This document shows positions 58,128 through 64,000 of a stretch of 64,000 nt of DNA, piece after piece. Position 1 is the first letter of the stretch, and the number at the start of each line of letters is the position of its first letter. The stretch spans positions 1,438 through 65,437 of the forward strand of contig JAICMG010000002.1 in NCBI GenBank assembly GCA_025929365.1, written 5' to 3'. The DNA comes from Frankiaceae bacterium (GTDB lineage: Bacteria; Actinomycetota; Actinomycetes; JAFAQI01). Below the pieces are notes generated by a model, which saw nothing but the letters and a program-made list of their open reading frames with translations, was not told the origin of the DNA and did no database searches. Both the position numbers and the translations under genes were made by a program.

Positions 58128-58892
58128 ATGTCGGCGGACCGGAGGACGCAGCGCAACCCGGCCCGCACGGCGGTGTTGTGGGAAGTCCTGCGCTCCGCGC
58201 TGGCGACCTTCCCGGGCCCGGCCGGACACGTCGACATCCTCGACGTCGGCGGCGGCACCGGCGGATTCGCCGTCCCGCTCGCTGAGCTCGGGTACACCGT
58301 CACCGTCGTCGACCCCAGCCCCGACTCGCTCGCCGCGCTCGAGCGCCGTGCCGCCGAGGCCGGCGTCGCGGATCGCATCCTCGCGAAGCAGGGCGATGCG
58401 AGCGACGTCGTCTCGCTGCTCGGCACCGAGTCCGTCGTCGCGGTGCTGTGCCACAGCGTGCTCGAGGTCGTTGACGATCCCGTCACCGCGCTGCAGGCGC
58501 TGGTGGAGGTGCTCCGGCCGCGCGGCGTCGCGAGCGTCCTCGTCGCGAACCGCGTCGCGGCCACGCTCGCCCGGGTCGAGGCCGGCAGATTCGCGGAGGC
58601 CCGCGAGATGCTGGCCAGCGATGTCGGCGTTGCCGGTGCGGGCGATCCGCTGCGGCGCAGGTTCACCCTCGAAGGGCTTCGGGAGCTGGTCGCCGCTGCT
58701 GGTCTGCGGCCGATGAGCGTTCACGGCATCCGGATCTTCGCCGACAGTGCGCCGACCGCGTTGCTCGAAGGCGACGTCGACGCCTCCGAGGATCTCGTCG
58801 CGCTCGAGCATGCGGTGGCGACCGACCCGGCGTACCTGACAGTGGCGACCTCGCTTCACGTGCTCGCCGAGAAGCCGGGACCACCAGATTGA
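58128..58892 (+). CDS. class I SAM-dependent methyltransferase
   Basis: Motif I ILDVGGGTGGFA. Starts at MSADRRT. Confidence 0.7.
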   Translation: MSADRRTQRNPARTAVLWEVLRSALATFPGPAGHVDILDVGGGTGGFAVPLAELGYTVTVVDPSPDSLAALERRAAEAGVADRILAKQGDASDVVSLLGTESVVAVLCHSVLEVVDDPVTALQALVEVLRPRGVASVLVANRVAATLARVEAGRFAEAREMLASDVGVAGAGDPLRRRFTLEGLRELVAAAGLRPMSVHGIRIFADSAPTALLEGDVDASEDLVALEHAVATDPAYLTVATSLHVLAEKPGPPD

Positions 58893-60121
58893 GCCGTCGG
58901 CAGCTCGAGCGCGGCGCTCGCCCGGCCGACCTGCCCGGCGATGACAGCGGTTGCACGATCCTGCACGCCGACATGGACGCGTTCTATGCCAGCGTCGAGC
59001 TGCGCCGAAACCCCGACCTGAAGGGCAAACCGGTCGTCGTCGGCCATCCCGGGGGTCGCGCGGTCGTCCTTGCCGCGACCTACGAAGCCCGCGCGTTCGG
59101 GGTGCACAGCGCGATGCCGATGGCACAGGCGATGCGCCGTTGTGCCGGTCTGGTGGTGGTGCCCCCGGACCACTCGGCGTACGGCGAGGCCTCTCGTGAG
59201 GTCATGGCGGTCTTTCGCGATGTCACTCCGGAGGTGGAGCCGCTCGCCCTGGACGAGGCCTTCATCGACGTGTCGGGGGCGATTCGCCGCCTGGGCAGCC
59301 CGCGCGAGATCGCGACGCAGATCCGCGACCGCATCGCCGCCGAGCAGCGCCTGCCCTGCTCGATCGGAGTCGCCAGCACGAAGTTCGTCGCCAAGCTCGC
59401 GTCGTCGCACGCGAAACCCGACGGACTGCTCGTCGTCCCGAAGGAGTCCGTCCTCGCCTTTCTTCATCCACTCCCGATCGGCGCGCTATGGGGCGTGGGT
59501 GACAAGACCGAAGAGCTGTTGGGCCGGATCGGGATGCGGACGATCGGCGACATCGCTGCGACGCCGTTGTCGACCCTGGTCCACACCGTCGGCAAGGCGG
59601 CCGGCACCCATCTCCACGCCCTCGCCAACGGTCAGGATCCTCGCCGGGTCGTTCCCGACGAGCCAGACCGGAGCATCGGCGCGGAGGAGACCTTCGCGCG
59701 CGACATCGCCGACCGCGAGGGCATCCTCCGCGAGCTGTTGCGGCTGTCCGAGCGCTGCGCGGAGCGGCTGCGTGCAAGCGGTCAGGTCGGTCGGACGGTC
59801 GCGATCAAGGTCCGGTTCAGCGACTTCCGAACGATCAACCGGTCGCGCACCCTCGCCCAGCACACCGACGTCGCGCGGATGATCTACGAGACCGCCGGCC
59901 AGCTGTACGACGCCCTCCACATCGACGGTTCGCCGTTGCGCCTGGTCGGGGTCCGGGTGGAGGGGCTGGCGCGATCGGCCGAGATGCCCGAGCAGCTGAC
60001 CCTCGCCGGAGATGCGGAGGAGTGGCGGGCGGCGGAGCAGGCCGTGGACCGGGTGAGCGAGCGATTCGGCCACGGTGTGGTCCGTCCCGCCACCCTGGTG
60101 AAACGTCCCCCGTCGGAGTAG
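58889..60121 (+). CDS. dinB: DNA polymerase IV
   Basis: ILHADMDAFYASVE. Y-family palm and finger motifs. Start (TTG/GTG) overlaps the upstream stop. Confidence 0.85.
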   Translation: MSRRQLERGARPADLPGDDSGCTILHADMDAFYASVELRRNPDLKGKPVVVGHPGGRAVVLAATYEARAFGVHSAMPMAQAMRRCAGLVVVPPDHSAYGEASREVMAVFRDVTPEVEPLALDEAFIDVSGAIRRLGSPREIATQIRDRIAAEQRLPCSIGVASTKFVAKLASSHAKPDGLLVVPKESVLAFLHPLPIGALWGVGDKTEELLGRIGMRTIGDIAATPLSTLVHTVGKAAGTHLHALANGQDPRRVVPDEPDRSIGAEETFARDIADREGILRELLRLSERCAERLRASGQVGRTVAIKVRFSDFRTINRSRTLAQHTDVARMIYETAGQLYDALHIDGSPLRLVGVRVEGLARSAEMPEQLTLAGDAEEWRAAEQAVDRVSERFGHGVVRPATLVKRPPSE

Positions 60122-60200
60122 CGATTCAAGGGCGCGAAAACTCCCCTGGCCGAGGGTCGGGGCGCGCCCGTATCCTGAATCATGTCCGCGAGGAGGCATC

Positions 60201-60608
60201 GTGCCGCTCTCTGATCACGAGCAGCGTTTGCTCGAGCAGATCGAGCAGGCGCTCTATGAGGACGACCCGAAGTTCGCACGGCTGTACCGCGCGACGGATA
60301 TCCGCAGCCATTACCGCGTCAGGCTCGTGCGCGGCCTGCTCGGAGTGCTGGCAGGAATCGCGATGTTGCTGGCGGGCGTGATCACCACGCTGATCCCGCT
60401 CGGGGTCGGCGGATTCGTCGTCATGTTGGCGAGCGCCACATACGGCATCGCCTCGTGGCAACGCATGACGGGACACCGCATCAGCAATCCGCCGGCCGTG
60501 GGCGGCCCGCGCGGACGGCGCCGCAACGATCGCGGCCGTTCGGAACGACGTCGGGTCAAGCAACGGCTCGAGGATCGCTGGCAGCGTCGGCAGGACGGCA
60601 ACCGCTAA
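60201..60608 (+). CDS. DUF3040 domain protein
   Basis: MPLSDHEQRLLEQIEQALYEDDPKF N-terminus. Two TMs. Basic C-tail. Confidence 0.6.
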   Translation: MPLSDHEQRLLEQIEQALYEDDPKFARLYRATDIRSHYRVRLVRGLLGVLAGIAMLLAGVITTLIPLGVGGFVVMLASATYGIASWQRMTGHRISNPPAVGGPRGRRRNDRGRSERRRVKQRLEDRWQRRQDGNR

Positions 60609-60632
60609 CCGGGCTGAGTCCTTCATCACATC

Positions 60633-62198
60633 TTGCGGACTTCGTGGCGTGAAGGGCCCTACGCTGCGCCTGTGTTGGGCCGCCGGTTCTCATCCGACCT
60701 GACCCGGAGGGTCGACCGTCGGCTCTGCCAGCGGATCCCGATCGCTCACCTCGTCGGCGCTCTTCTTGCCGCGGGCTCCGGCGCGCTCACGGCCGCGAAC
60801 CTCAAGGGGCAGCTGGGTTTCGGTCGCTATGACGCGATCGCCTTAGTGGTGTACTTCTCGATCGTCGGTCCGCTCGGGCTCTGGAGCGGCCGTCGGTTGT
60901 TCTCGCGGGCCACCGGCTGGTTGGACGCGGGTGGCGAGCCGACCGACAACGACCTTCGCGCGTTGCTCAGGCTGCCGGCGCACTACCTCGTGCAAGGCAT
61001 GGTCGGCTGGCTCGGCGCCGTAGTGATCTGGACGGGCCTCAGTGCGGTGTCGCACCCATGGCAGGACACCGTCCGCGTCGCGATGTCGATCTGGCTGGGC
61101 GGGCTCGCGACCTGCGGCCTGGTGTACCTGATTGTCGAGTGGGCGATCCGACCGCTCGTCGCCGTAGCGCTCGCCGACCGCCCTCTCGAGCACCGATTGG
61201 CTCCGGGTGTCTGGACCAAGCTGGTGCTGTCGTGGGTGATCGGTGCTGACGTCTTCCTGCTGATGATCGGCCTGACCTTCGTCGGACGGCCGGCGTCGCA
61301 ACCACCGAGCGCCGTTGCCGTCTGGTTCATCATCGGCGCTGCCTTCGTCGCGGGCACCCTCGTCGTGCACGTTGCGACCCGCTCGCTTGCCGCGCCGCTG
61401 TTGGCGATGCGGCGGGCGGTACGGCGGGTGCAAGACGGTGAGCTCGACGTTCACATCCCGGTCGACGACGGCGGCGAGATCGGGATGTTGCAGGCGGGCT
61501 TCAACCAGATGGTCGTCGGCTTGCGCGAGCGTGCCGTGCTGTCAGACCTGTTCGGCCGTCACGTCGGCGTCGACGTGGCGCGAAACGCCCTCGCCGCAGG
61601 TGACGTCGTCCTCGGCGGGGAGCGGCGCGAGGTCGGTGTCGTGTTCGTCGACGTCATCGGCTCGACCAAGCTGGCGCAGACCCACGCGCCCGAAGACGTG
61701 GTCGCGGTGCTCAACCAGTTCTTCAGCACCGTGGTGCGGGTCGTCTCCAGCGAGGGCGGCTGGGTCAACAAGTTCGAAGGGGACGGCGCGCTTGCCGTCT
61801 TCGGGGCGCCGGTCGCGAGCGACGATGCGGCGGCGAGGGCGCTTCGAGCGGCGCGTACCCTGCGCCGCGAGCTGCTCGCCATCGCAGCGGCCCACCCTGA
61901 GATCGACGCGGCGATCGGCGTATCTGCGGGGACCGTCGTCGCCGGCAACATCGGCGCCGAAGAGCGGTTCGAGTACACCGTCGTCGGCTCGCCCGTGAAC
62001 GAGGCCGCGAGGCTCACCGACGAGGCAAAGCATCGACTCGGCCGCGTCCTGGCCAGTGACGAGGCGATCGCGCGGGCGGGAGATGAAGCGGCCTCCTGGA
62101 CGGTCGGCGATGAGGTACGGCTGCGTGGCTACGACGACAAGGTCTTGGTCTACGAGCCCGCGGACGCGGCGCGGGTCACGGCCGGGTCGGCGCGTTAG
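60633..62198 (+). CDS. membrane-anchored class III adenylate cyclase with HAMP domain
   Basis: Six TMs. HAMP. Cyclase motifs VGVVFVDVIGST and FEGDGALAVFG. Confidence 0.75.
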   Translation: MRTSWREGPYAAPVLGRRFSSDLTRRVDRRLCQRIPIAHLVGALLAAGSGALTAANLKGQLGFGRYDAIALVVYFSIVGPLGLWSGRRLFSRATGWLDAGGEPTDNDLRALLRLPAHYLVQGMVGWLGAVVIWTGLSAVSHPWQDTVRVAMSIWLGGLATCGLVYLIVEWAIRPLVAVALADRPLEHRLAPGVWTKLVLSWVIGADVFLLMIGLTFVGRPASQPPSAVAVWFIIGAAFVAGTLVVHVATRSLAAPLLAMRRAVRRVQDGELDVHIPVDDGGEIGMLQAGFNQMVVGLRERAVLSDLFGRHVGVDVARNALAAGDVVLGGERREVGVVFVDVIGSTKLAQTHAPEDVVAVLNQFFSTVVRVVSSEGGWVNKFEGDGALAVFGAPVASDDAAARALRAARTLRRELLAIAAAHPEIDAAIGVSAGTVVAGNIGAEERFEYTVVGSPVNEAARLTDEAKHRLGRVLASDEAIARAGDEAASWTVGDEVRLRGYDDKVLVYEPADAARVTAGSAR

Positions 62199-63978
62199 TC
62201 GAGCGAAGACGTCGCGACAGCGACGGCGCGCGCAGGCGGGACGGTCCGCGGTCGTCCAGTGTGTCGATGGCGTCTGCCCACCAGGTCGAGATGGCGCGCA
62301 CGGTGGAAGGCGGCAGCAGCAGCGTTCGCACGGTGCGACGACGCGACTGGCGATGGCGAAGCGCGGTTCGGATCGTTCGAAGGTCTGTCGCGAGTGACGG
62401 GGACGTGCCGTTCGGCGTGGCCGAGTAGCGGTGCTCCTCCTCGGCGCGGGTGAGCCGTCCGAGCGCAGCGCGGACGTCGCCTGCGGCGAGGAGCCAATGG
62501 CCGAGCGCGTACGTCGACTGTCGCGGCGATCGGTCGTCGTCCCACGGCCCGCCGGCATCGATTGCGCTGTCGCGTAGCTCCGCCCATGCCGCACCGGGCG
62601 CGGGATGGGCGCCGTGCAGCTGCAGCATTCGCCGTCGCCGGGTCAGCTGTCGCGCGGCGGTCGGGGCCAGCAACATGAGGACGATCACCCCGGCAACGAT
62701 GATCCAGACGACGCCGCCGAACTCCGTCGCTTTGGTGCTCGCGCTCTTGTGACCGCTGGTGGCGCCCGAGCCGCTCCCGTGTGCGTTCTTTCCCGGCAGG
62801 TTCGGGTGCTTGATCAGGGTCGGATCGCCGCTGCCCTCGTTGCGTCCGCCTGCCGGTCCGCCGTGACGGTTCGGTGTCGCTCGGGCATAGCTGGGAGTGA
62901 CTGCTTGGCCGTCGCCCCGTGGCGTCGGCTCGAAGGCCAGCCACCCGTAGGCGGGGAAGTAGAGCTCCGGCCAGGCGTGTGCATCGTGCGTCGTCACGAG
63001 CCAGTTGCCGGCGGATTGCCGAGTGCCGGCGGTGAAGCCCACGGCGACGCGGGACGGGATGCCGGCGATCCGGGCCATCACCGCCATCGCGGTGGCGTAC
63101 TGCTGGCAGAAGCCCAGGTGACTGACCGTCAGGAAGTAGGTGAGCGAGTCGACGTTGCCCGGTGTGACCGGTGGGTTCAGGGTGTAGTGGAAGCGCGAGC
63201 TCGTGAGGTAACGCTGTATGTCGAGCGCCGCGTCGTACTTGCTGTTCGCGCCGGCCGTGATCTCGTGGGTGAGCTGCTGCACCGTGGGGCTCACGCCGCG
63301 GTGGGCCAGGTCGGCGGCGGGCTGCCCGACGATGGTGGGCGTGCCGTGCGCCAGCTGGCTCGGTGTGGGCAGGGTGGGCGAGCTCACGACCGAGTAGCGC
63401 AGCCCGGCCGTCGTGTCGCTCGCAGAGAACACGGTCGAGGTGATCGGGTCGAACCGCCAGTCGCCGGACGCGGTCACCGCTGTCGCGGTGGCGGGCATCG
63501 GAAGCCACCTGAAGGCGAAGCTGTGCGCGACCGCGACCCGGGTCGTGACGTTCTGGGTCGACGGGGCGATCACGCCCAAGCCGTTGCTGATCCTCGCGGA
63601 CGGGTCCGCCTGCAGCTCGGAGGCGGTAAAGCTGCCGTTCGCGTAGTTGTCGAGTGACGTCATGCGCAGGTAGCCGGGGGTGGGCGTCGACGTGTTGTAG
63701 GTCAGCACGGGTGCGTTGAGGCTGCTGGTGAGGTCGTGGTCGACCGAGACGATCGGGTCGATCGTCGTGACGCTGCCTCCGCAGCAGCCGTGCCCATTCC
63801 CGCTGCCGCCGTGGTGGCCGCCGAAACCCGCTTGGATTCCTGGGATCGCGAGCGGGATGACGACGCTGACCCCGATCGCGGCTGCACCGACGCGGCGCCC
63901 CAGCGAGGCCGGCGCAGATGGCAGCAGGTTCTCGGCGGACCGCGTCGGCGCCGGGCGCGCGTTGTTGCCCGCTCCCAT
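62176..63978 (-). CDS. transglutaminase-like (TGc) domain membrane protein
   Basis: Core GFCQQYATAMAVMARIAGIPSRVAVGF...HAWPELYF...WLAFEPTP (Cys-His-Asp triad). TMs at both ends. The start lies within 22 nt of the window edge and is not verified. Confidence 0.6.
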   Translation of the reverse strand: MGAGNNARPAPTRSAENLLPSAPASLGRRVGAAAIGVSVVIPLAIPGIQAGFGGHHGGSGNGHGCCGGSVTTIDPIVSVDHDLTSSLNAPVLTYNTSTPTPGYLRMTSLDNYANGSFTASELQADPSARISNGLGVIAPSTQNVTTRVAVAHSFAFRWLPMPATATAVTASGDWRFDPITSTVFSASDTTAGLRYSVVSSPTLPTPSQLAHGTPTIVGQPAADLAHRGVSPTVQQLTHEITAGANSKYDAALDIQRYLTSSRFHYTLNPPVTPGNVDSLTYFLTVSHLGFCQQYATAMAVMARIAGIPSRVAVGFTAGTRQSAGNWLVTTHDAHAWPELYFPAYGWLAFEPTPRGDGQAVTPSYARATPNRHGGPAGGRNEGSGDPTLIKHPNLPGKNAHGSGSGATSGHKSASTKATEFGGVVWIIVAGVIVLMLLAPTAARQLTRRRRMLQLHGAHPAPGAAWAELRDSAIDAGGPWDDDRSPRQSTYALGHWLLAAGDVRAALGRLTRAEEEHRYSATPNGTSPSLATDLRTIRTALRHRQSRRRTVRTLLLPPSTVRAISTWWADAIDTLDDRGPSRLRAPSLSRRLRSTNAPTRP

Positions 63979-64000
63979 TGCAGCGCCCCATCTGGTGACC

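Noticed and set aside
57933-59126. 397-aa minus-strand ORF overlapping the methyltransferase and dinB
   Set aside because: Antisense artefact. Arg-rich.
62195-63991. 598-aa alternative-frame ORF overlapping the transglutaminase gene
   Set aside because: Same strand, different frame. Only the 62176..63978 frame carries the TGc catalytic core.

Overview
This is a high-GC (about 70%) actinobacterial chromosomal segment, densely coding on both strands. I see no rRNA, tRNA, CRISPR array, transposase or prophage genes. All calls are by eye from the six-frame translations and raw sequence. Coordinates of start-refined genes may be off by 1 to 3 nt.

Gene content, left to right:
- Respiratory block: cytochrome bc1 (qcrC, qcrA, qcrB) plus ctaE, divergent from a pseudo-receiver gene and trpD.
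- A block that matches, from my memory of M. tuberculosis, Rv2181 to Rv2196: DEDDh/GIY-YIG exonuclease, RipA/RipC-like NlpC/P60 endopeptidase, SepH, a GT4 PimB-like mannosyltransferase, a FadD15-like acyl-CoA ligase, an SRPBCC TB16.3-like protein, an ArsA-like ATPase, a ROK glucokinase and PlsC.
- Central metabolism: glpK, pfkA, ltaE and a type I-beta DAHP synthase.
- Signalling: a two-component pair, a PASTA Ser/Thr kinase, a large APC-permease-like/HAMP/GGDEF/EAL membrane protein, and a HAMP adenylate cyclase.
- Thiamine cluster: thiO-thiS-thiG on the minus strand, divergent from an Rv2175c-like gene and thiE.
- Carotenoid set: two lycopene-cyclase-domain genes, crtB, crtI, crtE and a crtD-like desaturase, with metF divergent from crtE.
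- dinB, a transglutaminase-like membrane protein and assorted hypothetical genes.

Two riboswitches are readable directly in the sequence:
- A c-di-AMP (ydaO-type) riboswitch upstream of the NlpC/P60 gene.
- A TPP (thi-box) riboswitch upstream of thiO.

The most unusual items:
- The APC-transporter-like sensor fused to GGDEF-EAL.
- A sigma-region-4 / zinc anti-sigma fusion protein.
- Translational coupling of thiE to the split lycopene cyclase genes.
- Several candidate operator palindromes or repeats in divergent promoters.

I found no clear mobile element and no obviously novel multi-gene defence or biosynthetic system.
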